Assembly (NCBI GenBank): GCA_044892525.1
Contig: CM097885.1
Span: 17,672,001 to 17,736,000 of the forward strand
Direction: 5' to 3'
Length of the DNA stretch: 64,000 bases
Source of the DNA: Schmidtea polychroa
Taxonomy: Eukaryota
Below, in pieces: positions 48,235 through 59,966 of the stretch (its first letter is position 1; every line of letters starts with the position of its first letter). The notes under the pieces were generated by a model. The model saw only the letters and a program-made list of their open reading frames with translations, made no database searches and was not told the origin of the DNA. A program made the translations under genes and the position numbers.

Positions 48235-48526
48235 AGTAGTGGTGAAACTAGTCGCCTTGCCCACCCCTTCCCTATTATGTTAGATCTGTATTTTAATAAA
48301 TTTGTAAGATCTAAAAATCTCGGGTGTCTATGTTTAGAATATATTGAATTTTTAAAATTTCAGGTATTAGTATTTGGATTTATTGAATCTATAAAATCTC
48401 GGGTGTCTGATTTAGAGGATATTAAATTTTGAGAAATATTGAAATATTAAATAATACGTTTTTATTATTCACAAATGTTGCGATTATGGGGTGGGGTGAG
48501 GCAAGGCGACTAGTTTCACCACTACT
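48235..48526. mobile_element. AGTAGT-bounded hairpin cassette (mini Polinton-end-like unit)
   Basis: Perfect 27-bp inverted repeat AGTAGTGGTGAAACTAGTCGCCTTGCC. No TSD found. Confidence 0.75.
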
Positions 48527-49149
48527 ATCGTACATCTCTGTAAAGTCTAATAGTGCGCATATATTATAAAATAGATAGTGCGATATATTTTTGCGATATA
48601 TTAATATATTTTTGTGTCTATCAGTAGTTTTTAAGTTAATTAAAAAATAAATATAAAAAAATAATATATTGAACCGGTTGTGGTGGTGAACCAAGAAGCA
48701 TCGCCACAAGTCTTTTCAACACACCTAGGATTGATTTCTGAATTTCTTTTGGACCTCTTTCGAACCTTCTTCGAATCTTTCGGTCTTTCGGTAATGCGTT
48801 TAAATCACCGCTGAAATTAATAAAAAGATCCTCAACAAAATAACTGCTGAGAGGACAGTGGTATTAAAAGAAACAACGTATTGTTGGTGTTCTCGAAGAA
48901 ATAAAAATCAGATGATTAAAATAATGGTTGATTGAAAGGTATAAGAGATGGTTATATGCCCAGGGGTTTGAAAGAAGACGACGGAAGTTAGCCTAGAGTC
49001 TTGAGAAATCTCCCACGATTATTTCAAACGATAAGGCACCCAATATAGTGTACAATGCAGGCAGGTGAGCCCCTGTGTTAGGACTACTCCTCTATCGGAA
49101 AACAATCTCTATCCAAACAAGCATTTATATTTAAGACATATAAAAACAT

Positions 49150-49641
49150 TGAATTAACAGACCAACTGGCCAGCGAGTTATATAGAGACTTGTTTGAGTT
49201 ATACAACAACAGTTTATATGATAAATCCGTTGAGAATCTGTTAGAAATTGGATGAATTTAAGGTTATGTCATTCAGCTGGAAAGATGATTGCATATGCTT
49301 TAAAACCTACTTTCATAAAATCCATCAGAATTGATTCAATATGTTTAGACAGACCTAGATATATCAGTCAATCAGTACTAGATCTGAATTAACTGAGGAT
49401 TTATCATCTCCAATATAACGAATTGGCGAAATATGGGGATGAATTTAATTGTGAGATTAATATTGTTGCCAGCGACACAGACTTCTGTTTTTTTGAGATT
49501 AAGCACTGTAAGTTTGACATTCTTTCACTGGCAATGATTATAGACAGCCTTCTAGACACCTCTAATTTCGATCCTCTTCACCCTTTATATTGTAGGGTTT
49601 TCAATTCTGCTATAGGAAAATTTAAAGATGAAAGTTACTAA
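49150..49641 (+). pseudogene. Relic of A-family pPolB
   Basis: DEFNCEINIVASDTD...LLDTSNFDP...IGKFKDE parallels 39940-40445. Confidence 0.85.
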
Positions 49642-49676
49642 ATTACAAATCATCTTCCTAATTTATAATTTTCCAT

Positions 49677-50190
49677 CAGTGCTGGACTGGAATACCGGAA
49701 ATATGTCGGTGTGCCTACCGGCACACAAATATTGTCAAGTTTTTTATTTTTTTAAATTAAATTAAATTACATTTTTACAATTTCGACAAATACTCGAATG
49801 AATAATTGAAACAATAAAATTAATAGATAAACAAGGACTTAGTTATCGCTGTTTAAATGAATCTACATATAATTTGATAGATGAAAATTTAGACTATGGT
49901 AATTTTCTAGAATTACTTTTATTAATAAGTAAATTTGATCCCTTATTAAAAATTCACATAGAAAGAGTAAAATTCGCCATGACAAAATTGGCACCAACAA
50001 AGCAAGGAGTAATCTCGCAACACTATTATCTAAAACTACAACAAATTCTGTTTTTAATGCCATTAATATTCTAATGAAAGAAATTCTTTCAAATGAAATA
50101 AATAAACCCGAAATATACAGTATTCAATTAGACACCACCCAAGATATTAACGGAAAAGATCAATGTTCAGTTGATATAAGATAATCATTA
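49677..50190 (+). mobile_element. hAT transposon fragment (ZMYM1/DUF4371-like transposase remnant)
   Basis: Starts CAGTGCTGG. GNFLELLLLISKFDPLL..H and YSIQLDTTQDINGKDQCS motifs. Confidence 0.65.
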
Positions 50191-50863
50191 TAAAATAAAA
50201 ATATGAAAATTTTATTTTCTTGAGAAGTCTCGCATTTTGGGCAAATTAAGAAATTGATGCCATAGAATCTATGGTCATAATATCATTATATATTTTTATG
50301 GGATGTAGATCTATGTCCGATTGACAATACGCAATATTGTGGGTACAATCGATCTAATAAAGTATAAATATATCAAAATATATTTATAAATTATTGACAA
50401 AATATTATTCATTCATAATGCATTTATTATTATATATTTATTACAATGTCTTTATTCAAAATTATTATCAATTGTTATTATTTAATCCATTTTTATTACA
50501 GAAATAATTATAAAATGAATAATATAATAATACATGATAATAATTTTCATTCCCATATAATATTTAGTAATTATTGTTATATTCAATTTAGTCCTTAATA
50601 AATTTAATTCATTATTATTTAAAAAACCTTATAAAAATGAAATATATTAATAACTAATTGATAATGATTATTGTTAATAATTGAAGTCTAATTGTCTAAA
50701 GATATATCAAAATACAAATTGATTACCTAACTGGTATTATTCAAACAGCCAATTTAAATGGCAAATAAATTAAATTAATATTTATACTTAGCATTTATAC
50801 TTATTATACTTTTACTACAATATATATTTTATTTATAAATTAGTTATTTAAATATCCCTAACA

Positions 50864-51560
50864 TCTCTCCTGTTTAAATATTTTAGGCAATCAACGTTGC
50901 GAATTATAAATTATTCATCTCTGTCTCGTAATTCATAACTATTTGCATGGATCTTTCTAACAACGACAAAAGGTCATGTATATCGGTTTTCGTTTTTTTC
51001 TCACATCTACTTTAACTAAAACATTTTCATTTATATCGAATTCTCGGTGTATCCGGTTCTCATTTTTAAAATTTAAATTTCTTGGTTATGATTGCACTTC
51101 CTCCACTATTTTACTTCTATCGTTGTTATATTCTTTTTTTATTGTTCCATTCTCTAGATATCCGGAAACCAAATACTGCTTCTGATGGACTCTTTCCAAG
51201 TGTGCTTTGAATAGTAGCATTTAAAGTAAACTCAATTTCAGGTAACACTTCAACCCAATTCCTCTTAAATTTATCTCTTAATGATGTACTGATAAAATCT
51301 CGTATTGTTCGAAATTGTCTTTCAATCAAACCATTAGTGTTATGATGATAAGGGCTAGAAAATTGCAGCTGTATATTATGATTCTCTGCCAACTCTTTTA
51401 TCAAATTAGACTCAAATGTTTTTCCACAATCAACATGAATAACTCTCGGTGCCCCATATTTTAATATCCAGAATTTCACAATAGTATCCGCTGTAGTTTT
51501 TCGTCTTGCTTTGCTACTGCTGTCAACAATATGTATCGACTACATATATCTATAATTCCC
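50864..51560 (-). pseudogene. Ty3/Gypsy integrase 3' fragment with PPT
   Basis: YGAPRVIHVDCG...SPYHHNTNGLIERQFRT. Purine tract AAACAGGAGAGA followed by TG at ~50863 (probable LTR start). Confidence 0.85.
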
Positions 51561-52632
51561 AAATTTATTTCTTTGTCAAGGTTTTTCGTTTCTGACATAT
51601 TTCACAACTTTGTGTATATTGACACACGATTTTATTTAATTCCTAAATATCGTAATTTATTGATTTTTATTGTACATTTAGTGTATTTTAATTGATTAGT
51701 TGAGATGAAATAATAGCAAATCAAACGAGAAAAGTTTATGTATACTACCTGGATTTTGTCATTATTTCAAAAAATAAGTCTGAGAAATATTAAGAAGAAG
51801 CATTCATTATTTAAACCAGTTTATGCTTTCCATGATTATGAAATGCATTTATTGAAGAAACCAATAGATTATAATTTGATGAAACCTAATGCATTAATGA
51901 AGAAATGCAATAATTATTGGATTGAACAATTTGATGAAGATATTCAAGATGCTATTGGTACATTATTGGCATGTATCAATAAGGACCTTGTGATTTATGA
52001 AAGCGGATCATTTCTAGGTGGACAATCAAGTGAATTTTAAGAAGAAAATAATCAAATACCTTTTAAACCAGATTTTAACCCTTTCCTATCTTGTGTCTAT
52101 AAAAATATGACAAAAAGAAATTAACCATTCTATCCTCTGTCTGTAAAAAAATAACATTATTTCTAAATAGTTTATTTCCCATGCACTGTCAATTATATTA
52201 TAACCAACTGTTATGACCAAAAACTAAAAAAAAATAATTTTTTGAAAATTTTTTAAAATTTTATTAGGATTGGAAGGGCTGGACACCTAAAATAAACAAG
52301 ATAGGAAAGGGTTAAATGGAATTTGAAAATATGTATCCAAGGTTTCAAAACAGCACCAAGTGCAGTTAAATATTACTAGTATGGAACATTATAAGTTGAA
52401 AATTATAAACAACGATTAATGTTAATATTGTTCAGTTTGTTTAATAAAAGTTTTACAAAATCTTAATTTTATGTTGTTATAAAAATACTTTGAAATTTAA
52501 AATTCAAATTATTTATTCAATATAAGTTTCATTGGTTTCATTAATGTTGACAAATATTAATTACCGAGGACGAGTCCATTTGAAAATTATACGAAATATG
52601 AGATATCCATCAGGTAAACCTCAACAAAATTT

Positions 52633-52873
52633 AGTGAGGAATCTATGCACCCCAGCACCCCCACCCTAAAAAAAACAGCGCTATTGACCCATATTTTCCA
52701 CATTTATATGCTTTTTTACCCCATATTCTTCACTTTTTTTAACTTTTAAACTTTGTCCCTATTGCCATTAACCCTTAATTTCTTCCCTTAAAAGTAAAAA
52801 AGTTCGGAATAGATGTATTTATAGATTAGTAATTCCGAGAAAAGGTAACGGGGTGCATAGATTCCTCACTACT
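52633..52873. repeat. Terminal hairpin cassette of E
   Basis: AGTGAGGAATCTATGCACCCC (52633) inverted with GGGGTGCATAGATTCCTCACTACT (52850-52873). Confidence 0.85.
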
Positions 52874-52994
52874 TGGTCTTAAGGATTTAATGTTATAAGA
52901 ATATCAGATTACCTAATTCATAATGATCTAGGTCGCCTGATCACCTTAAGGTTTTGAAAGTTTTAAAAATAAAAAATTTTATGAAAATAGTAAA

Positions 52995-53375
52995 ACTGCT
53001 CTGAGGGGACAGTGGTATTTTTTTTTTTTTTTTTTTTTTTCACTGTCCCCTCAACAGTTTTTTTTTGATCCGGATCATTTTTTTTTTATTTATCAACCTC
53101 TTTCGTTTATCAAATCTCTTCCAATATACAAGCTGGCCAGACTCATACATCAGAATCAATCCGATAATAGCAGCACGCCTTATTATTCGCTTCTCGCTCA
53201 CGAAGTCGATTTCAACGGCGTTTTAAGTGTGCTGCTCGAAAGTACAAATGAATTCGAAAGCGAATCCGAAAGAGGTCCGAAAACAACTGAGAAATAAATG
53301 TGCACATTACCGGGATCGATCCGGGGGTGTTCGAAAGACAGGTGGCGATAATTACCGGTTCGCCACCATCACCCG
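52995..53375. other. Conserved structured non-coding subterminal region of E
   Basis: Reverse complement of 38690-39050 with few changes. Confidence 0.65.
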
Positions 53376-53529
53376 TTTCAATATTTTTTTTTTCATATTT
53401 ATGTTTAAAAAATAATTAATTAATAAAAAAATAAAATAAATAAAATAAAATATACAAGTACTTTATAAATATAAGATACCCACACTATTTTCAATATTAT
53501 TTTCAAATTTTTAATATTATTTTATGTTG

Positions 53530-53612
53530 AAAAAAAAACTAACCTCAGATGTGATTTGAACCACTATCCATTTGAACCACTGTGCCAGTCTATTCCCACT
53601 GCGCCATCAAGG
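53530..53612 (-). ncRNA. Putative Pol III tRNA-like small RNA, E copy 1
   Basis: A box TGGCGCAGTGG, B box GGTTCAAATCA and T-run. Orthologue of the B copies. Confidence 0.55.
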
Positions 53613-53860
53613 TTTGAATTTTTGTCATTTTTTAGACTATAAATAATCGATTCAAGTTCTTTAACTCTTTCCTGTAATTGTTTCATTTTCTTCAATCTTA
53701 TATCAGCAACATCTACAGCCTTCATATAAAAATGTCGATACTTTTCATTATCTACCATCAACTCTTTGATGTATTCTAATGGTTCTTCTTCTCTTCTTTT
53801 CATTCTCTTATGTTTAACTTCATTCAATTCATTTCTCATTCTTTCTTTTAACTCATCCAT
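53564..53860 (-). CDS. Small coiled-coil protein present in E but not B
   Basis: 98-aa charged helical ORF with an AAAATG start. Confidence 0.55.
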   Translation of the reverse strand: MDELKERMRNELNEVKHKRMKRREEEPLEYIKELMVDNEKYRHFYMKAVDVADIRLKKMKQLQERVKELESIIYSLKNDKNSNLDGAVGIDWHSGSNG

Positions 53861-54017
53861 TTTTATAAATATTTTTTTATTGGATATATTAATTTTTGGT
53901 AGTTAAAACGTTTTTGATCTTAAATTTCCAAGAGTTGCCGTTGACCAATCACCTTAAAAATTTGTAAAAGTACTAAATCGAGTATGCTGATCAATATTTT
54001 GTTTAAAAAAAAATTTG

Positions 54018-54099
54018 AAAAAAAATTGACCGAAATGGGATTTGAACCCATTGGTATTGGCAATGCAGTCGAGTGCTATTACCACTAAGCTATTAGAGC
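54018..54099 (-). ncRNA. Putative Pol III tRNA-derived small RNA, E copy 2 (tRNA-Cys-like 5' half)
   Basis: TAGCTTAGTGGTAATAGCACTCGACTGCA, perfect T arm ATGGG-TTCAAAT-CCCAT, T8. Acceptor and anticodon stems do not pair. Confidence 0.65.
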
Positions 54100-54261
54100 T
54101 ATACTCAATATAAAATAAGTTGTTAATGTGTGACTATTTATTGATGAAATTAATAATTAATTATTCATTTTCTCGACAACTACCACTCAGATCGATCTGA
54201 AAATTTAAATATATACTAAAATCAGTACGCTGAATCAGATTCCGTTGAAAAAAAAATATCG

Positions 54262-54343
54262 AAAAAAATTGACCAAAATTGAAAATTGAACCCGGTACTC
54301 CCGGTGATAAAATTGAAGCCTATTCCCACTCCGCTATAATGGC
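54262..54343 (-). ncRNA. Putative Pol III tRNA-like small RNA, E copy 3
   Basis: A box TAGCGGAGTGG, weak B box GGTTCAATT, and the same GGTCAATTTTTTT end as copy 2. Confidence 0.45.
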
Positions 54344-54399
54344 TTACATAATATATTTAATTAATCCTATTGTGTGTGTGTAAATTTTAATATATAAAA

Positions 54400-55692
54400 A
54401 TGAATAACATAAATCTTAAAATTCAAGAAAAAAATAAATTAAATCTTGATTATAATAAAGAATTTACTCATGAAATTAAAAAAAATGATATTTTAAAAAT
54501 CTCCCCAACTTCAGGATCTATTGCAAACTTAAATCGTAGGGGTGATATAGTTTTTCAATCTCTTCAAACATCAAACCCTATAGATATTTGTAATGCCAAA
54601 TTATATTATAAAATCGAATTAGAAATTGAAGCAAACAAAGATATAACCCTAGAAAATAATTTCTTTCCAAATTTATTCTCCAACATGAGATTAAAACTAG
54701 GATCATCAGAAATTGAAACTGTTTTGCATCCGGGAGTATATTCTACAATGTTAAATTTTATTTTGACTGGTTGTGATTATAAAAACGAATATGGTGAATT
54801 AACAGGTTGGATTCCTGATGTTAATAAAGGGGATTTAGATAAAGATGGTTTAGATGTAAACCATGGTTACCATAAAAGAGCTGAACTTTATAAATCTAAA
54901 AAATTTGAAGGTTATTTTGAATTAAAACACTTGTTTGGATTCCTTCAAAACTATAATCGTATACTTCATAATGTTTTTATAGAATTCATCTGTAATAGAG
55001 TAGAAGGTGATAAAAGATTGTTCTATGGAGCTGTAGATACAAAAGCTAAATTAAAATTATCAACACTTGAATTACATATACCTGAATGGACATTAAACCC
55101 ACATTCTGAGATTAAACTCCTTGAAAGATTAAATTCCAACAAGTCTATAAATGTAAATTATTTAAATAGAATCTGTAGTGAATTTAGTATGACAGAGGGT
55201 TCAACATATTCTATAAAGGTAGCAAATTTAGCATACCGACCAAGATATATCTTGATTGGATTCAAAGAAACAGATTCATCTTTCCAAAAAAATAACAATC
55301 TATTTATTCAAAAGATTGGAGATGATAATTTAAAAACAATACAAATTCAATTAAATAGTTCTTATTATCCAATAAATAGAATGGAATTTAATATTGAAAA
55401 TAATGAAAACATATTCCCATATCTAAATTATATTGAAACATGTTATGATTTCAAAGTTGAACCGCAATTAAGTTTAGAAGATTTCAAAAATTTATATTCT
55501 ATATTTTGTATAAATGTTTCAGACCAAGATGATCGCCTAGCCATAAATAATGTTGATGTTACACTTCATGTAACAAAGGATTCTAATTTTAAAGCTAAAG
55601 TATATACATTAATATTAGAAGAAAAGAAAATAGAAATGAAATTATATGGTGGAAAGATTTCAATAATCGAAAATGTTAGGGGAGATTCTTAA
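54400..55692 (+). CDS. Polinton E major capsid protein
   Basis: Intact 430 aa, nearly identical to the B MCP. Confidence 0.87.
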   Translation: MNNINLKIQEKNKLNLDYNKEFTHEIKKNDILKISPTSGSIANLNRRGDIVFQSLQTSNPIDICNAKLYYKIELEIEANKDITLENNFFPNLFSNMRLKLGSSEIETVLHPGVYSTMLNFILTGCDYKNEYGELTGWIPDVNKGDLDKDGLDVNHGYHKRAELYKSKKFEGYFELKHLFGFLQNYNRILHNVFIEFICNRVEGDKRLFYGAVDTKAKLKLSTLELHIPEWTLNPHSEIKLLERLNSNKSINVNYLNRICSEFSMTEGSTYSIKVANLAYRPRYILIGFKETDSSFQKNNNLFIQKIGDDNLKTIQIQLNSSYYPINRMEFNIENNENIFPYLNYIETCYDFKVEPQLSLEDFKNLYSIFCINVSDQDDRLAINNVDVTLHVTKDSNFKAKVYTLILEEKKIEMKLYGGKISIIENVRGDS

Positions 55693-55709
55693 TATTTTAA
55701 CATTTTAAA

Positions 55710-57118
55710 ATGTCTTTAAATAAATATTGGAGATGTGAAACTTGTAATTGTCAAGTTACAAGACATCATAAAGCAAGCCATCTTAAAACTAAAAAACATA
55801 CAGTAGGTGACCTAATTCCACGAGCTGGAGGCGATTTGCAATCTTCAAAAACAACATCTTCAATATTAAAACCTTTTACTACAGAAAAATATCCAGGTGA
55901 AAGACATTTATTTAAACACAACTATACTGGACCAGGAACACGTCTAGATATTAGATTAGATGAAAATAATAATCCCAAACAAGGAGAAGAACCAATAAAT
56001 AGAATTGATCAAGCAGCTTTAAAACATGATATTGCATACAATTCAACAAATCTTAGAGATAGACATGTTGCAGATGTGAATTTAATACATGATTTAAATA
56101 GTATCCAAAATCCATCAACCCAAGAAAAGATTCAAAGAGCTCTAGTTAAATTAGCAATGAAAGGTAAGATTTTCATAGGCTTAGGACACAGTCCGATCAC
56201 CATGGGTGCAAGACTTCCTAGGAAAGCAAAAGATGTTGCTTATAAAAAGATTATCGAACAAGCAGAGATTGAAAGATCCCTCGAGAGTACAGCCAAGACT
56301 AGTTTACAAACCCCAACAGAATCAGAAATAAAATATGCTAATGAATTACACCATGAATTTAGAAAAAATAAAAAATATTTAAAAGTTCAAGTACATGAAA
56401 AAGATCAAACATGGTCTGCAGATTTAGTCTTTATGCCCAAATCATCAGACCCTGAAAAATATAAAATAATTTTAACTGTAATAGATTTATATACGAGATT
56501 TGCTTTTGCAAGATGTTTAGAAAATAAAACAGGATATTCTATTACAGAAGCATTTGAAAATATATTTGAAGAAAATCAAAGAATCCCAAAATATTTATGA
56601 TGTGATAAAGGAACAGAATTTTATAACAAAGTTTTTACAAAGTTTTTAAATGAAAATGATATTAAATTATATTCAACAGAAAACGAAGGAAAAGCAGTCG
56701 TAGTTGAAAGATTAAATAGAACATTAAAAAATAAAATGTGGAAATATTTATTGCTATTGGAAAACAAAAATGGAACAATGAATTGTTACAAAAGATTGTA
56801 AATGAATATAATAATGATGTACATAGTTCTATAAAATTAACACCTTTAAATGCTTCCATGAAGCCTGAAACCATTAAAGTGGTAAATATTGAAAATGATG
56901 TTATTGAAAAACCAAAGTTTAAAATTGGTGACCGAGTAAGAATATTTAAATATAAAAATAAATTTGAAAAAGGATTCACAGCAAAATGGACAAATGAAAT
57001 TTTTATTATAAATAAAATACATTATACAACTCCAATAACATATAGCATCTTTGATTTAAATAATGAAAAAATATTAGGTAGATTTTATAATAATGAACTA
57101 CAGAAAACAGATTTTTAA
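55710..57118 (+). pseudogene. ZnF-PLA2-integrase of E, disrupted
   Basis: Same domains as in B. TGG>TGA at 56598-56600 and a frameshift near 56730-56750. Confidence 0.92.
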
Positions 57119-57129
57119 GTCGACAAGCC

Positions 57130-57921
57130 CTAAAACAAACTTTTCCATATTTCAGCTTCTTCTCTATCCAAATAAATATAATTATATTTTTCTTTCCAAT
57201 GATTATCAACAAACATATCAAACATATTCTTATCAGGTTCAACATTTGAAAATAAATCATTATAAATCATATTCTTATCACGGCGATCTAATTTAAAAAA
57301 TATAAAACAATTGGAATTATTTCTTATTGAATTTTTATCTAAAGCATAATATGTTTGAGATATATAAATAACATTACAATTATTATGTCGACCTCGTGTA
57401 AAGTAACTCTTTTGAATCTCTTGATTTTTCATATTAACAACATCATCAAATATAACTAGATTCTTTTTATCTTTAGGAAGTAAATCACAATGTAAAACAT
57501 CTTCAGGTTTGTTAGAGAATAAAACTTGAATTGCCTCCTGCCCTTCTTCACAAATATAATCATTTTTATTACTAATATCTGATTCTAAAATCTTTTCCTT
57601 ATACCAATCAACCATATCACAAGGTTGAAAAACTTCTTCAGGACACCTATGTTGATTTTTAAAAATATCAATTATTGCTTTTTTAGTTAATTTATTTTCA
57701 AATCCACATTTCAAAAGTTGTAATTCTGGTTGATTTATGGTTGTAGAATAAAAGATTAAATTATTATAATCTAAAAAATCATCTTCAAGTAACATTCTCA
57801 AAACAAGTACATTCTTTCCACATCCAGAAGAACCAACAATTAATAATCTAAAATTATCAGGAAATACTTTATTATTAAATTTACTCTTATGTCTATTTAA
57901 AATTGGTTTCCAAATATCCAT
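57130..57921 (-). CDS. Polinton E packaging ATPase
   Basis: GSSGCGK, VIFDD and RGRH motifs. Confidence 0.93.
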   Translation of the reverse strand: MDIWKPILNRHKSKFNNKVFPDNFRLLIVGSSGCGKNVLVLRMLLEDDFLDYNNLIFYSTTINQPELQLLKCGFENKLTKKAIIDIFKNQHRCPEEVFQPCDMVDWYKEKILESDISNKNDYICEEGQEAIQVLFSNKPEDVLHCDLLPKDKKNLVIFDDVVNMKNQEIQKSYFTRGRHNNCNVIYISQTYYALDKNSIRNNSNCFIFFKLDRRDKNMIYNDLFSNVEPDKNMFDMFVDNHWKEKYNYIYLDREEAEIWKSLF

Positions 57922-57936
57922 TTTGTTTATTATAAA

Positions 57937-58515
57937 ATGACAACTGAAGAATCTTTGCAAGAATTAATAAATTCAAATAAAAATAAATCAGTAGTAATTG
58001 ATGGTAAAAAATATTTTATTGGAAAACATGTAAAAGAACAAGTTAGAGCGAAGCTCCACGAAGCTAAAGAAGGTGGCATTCTTCCATTAGCTGCTTTAAT
58101 ACCTGCAATCATTGCTGGTTTATCAGGTGCTGCTGGAATAGCTGGAGGAATTGCAACTACAGTTCAAAAAGCTAAAGAATCTCAAAAGACAGACCTAGAA
58201 AAAGAAAAACTACAAACTGAAATCGATTCAATGAAGAAGGTAGGGCAAGTTAAAGGGGGAGTGTCCGTTGGAAAGGGTCTCTATCTTAATCCATATGAGG
58301 GGAGTCGGCAAAAGTCTCAGGGCAAAGGTCTCTATCTTGATCCTTATAAAGGTAGAGGTTTAAATGATTTTTTAAAAAATCAAATTTCAACATCTGAATC
58401 TTTATCTTCAAAAGATAAAGATGATTTAAAAAAAATATGTAAATCTTTAAAGAATGGATGCCTTTGTAAAACTAAAAATGGTAAAGGATTATACTTGAAG
58501 CCCTTCGAACTATGA
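57937..58515 (+). CDS. Polinton core-like precursor protein
   Basis: Orthologue of 34045-34647. Confidence 0.75.
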   Translation: MTTEESLQELINSNKNKSVVIDGKKYFIGKHVKEQVRAKLHEAKEGGILPLAALIPAIIAGLSGAAGIAGGIATTVQKAKESQKTDLEKEKLQTEIDSMKKVGQVKGGVSVGKGLYLNPYEGSRQKSQGKGLYLDPYKGRGLNDFLKNQISTSESLSSKDKDDLKKICKSLKNGCLCKTKNGKGLYLKPFEL

Positions 58516-58537
58516 TACCATTTTTGATACCATTAAA

Positions 58538-59431
58538 ATGGTATATGAAGAAAGATTAGCACTTTTAAAAAAATTACAATCAGAACAAGATAAATATAAT
58601 AAAAAAGATACAACTCAACATGCTGAATCTATAATATTAAATGAGGTAATAACACAACAACAGGGGCCAACAATTAAAGCTATAAAAGAGTTGGAAGATT
58701 TCAATGAGCAAGCAAAATTTAAAGAGTTAGAAGATAAAAAACAAAAAATAAAAGAACTAGAGTGGCAGGATAAAGAAAAAGAATCCAGTGAAAACCATCC
58801 TGAAAGTCATTCTGAAAGAAATCAAAGAAAACGCAGAAGAATTTCTAATGTGGAAGAAGAAGAAATGTTTTTAAAAACAAAACCTCTTAAAGTTGATCCT
58901 AAAATTAGAGATGATTTACCTCCTTCAATTAGACCCACATTTAATACTAATACTGAAGGATATCAAATAATAACAATTAATAAACAAAACTTTACTTTAT
59001 ATTCAAATTCAGAAAATAAATCACGTATTCATTCACAAAATGTTTATAATAATGAATATTTAGACTTTGAATTTACAGATGATTTTTATAGATTACTTTG
59101 TGGATATTCTTCAGATGATGTTGAAGAAATTAAAAAATATTTAAATTTAATAAGATTAATAAGAGCTAGTTCTAAAGCAAAATATATTCAAGATTTAAAG
59201 AATTATTTAAATAAAAATGAAAAGGGTTATGTTGTTACAGAGGGAGAGGGATTAATTAGTGAAGGTGGTAAACCAAATCCCATCAATCTTTTTATTGAAT
59301 TAAGAAAACTATTAGCTGCAAGGAAAGCAGGACATAATAATTTAGATTCTGATATTTTAAAGATTTCTAAAGATTTGTTAAAACAAGGAATAATTTCAAA
59401 AGATAAATTTAATAAGTATACGAAGTTATAA
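58538..59431 (+). CDS. Conserved Polinton protein of unknown function
   Basis: Orthologue of 33225-34022 with a divergent middle. Confidence 0.7.
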   Translation: MVYEERLALLKKLQSEQDKYNKKDTTQHAESIILNEVITQQQGPTIKAIKELEDFNEQAKFKELEDKKQKIKELEWQDKEKESSENHPESHSERNQRKRRRISNVEEEEMFLKTKPLKVDPKIRDDLPPSIRPTFNTNTEGYQIITINKQNFTLYSNSENKSRIHSQNVYNNEYLDFEFTDDFYRLLCGYSSDDVEEIKKYLNLIRLIRASSKAKYIQDLKNYLNKNEKGYVVTEGEGLISEGGKPNPINLFIELRKLLAARKAGHNNLDSDILKISKDLLKQGIISKDKFNKYTKL

Positions 59432-59453
59432 ATACGAAGTTTCAAAATACAAA

Positions 59454-59918
59454 ATGACTCCTTCAATATTAGATTTTTTAAAAACATTTGGAATAAATGC
59501 AAAAACAAATTTTGATTTAAAAGATTATGCAAATTATTTAAATTTAAAAATTAAAATATTAATGAATGATGAATTATCAAGTCTGGAGAGTCCCCTGAAT
59601 ATAATAATCAATTATCAAAATTCAAATGAAAAAGGATCTCATTGGGTTTGTATATATAAGAAATCTATCTACTTTGATTCTTTTGGGATTAAACCTACTA
59701 AAGAAGTTGAAGATTATCTCTTGAGGGGTTCTCCGATTGATTCCCCAAATGGTTATACTTTTAACTCTTTACAAGTTCAACCTTTGAATACTAAAATATG
59801 TGGTATTTTAAGTTTATATGTTTTGTATAGATTGAATAAGGGAGAGGGAAAGGGGCATACGCAGGATTTTGAATCTATAATTCAAGAAATTTATAATGAT
59901 CTAGAATCTCTACTATAA
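59454..59918 (+). CDS. Adenain-like cysteine protease
   Basis: GSHWVC, YFDSFG and QVQ...CG motifs. Confidence 0.92.
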   Translation: MTPSILDFLKTFGINAKTNFDLKDYANYLNLKIKILMNDELSSLESPLNIIINYQNSNEKGSHWVCIYKKSIYFDSFGIKPTKEVEDYLLRGSPIDSPNGYTFNSLQVQPLNTKICGILSLYVLYRLNKGEGKGHTQDFESIIQEIYNDLESLL

Positions 59919-59966
59919 GGATTTTTACTATAAGGATTTTTACTATATGAATTTACTACTAAAGAA

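Noticed and set aside
51738..52040. 100-aa ORF upstream of element E
   Set aside because: No recognisable domain or context; it cannot be supported as a gene.
54018..54099. Functional tRNA-Cys gene
   Set aside because: D and T arms are present, but the anticodon and acceptor stems cannot pair. Kept only as a tRNA-like Pol III unit.
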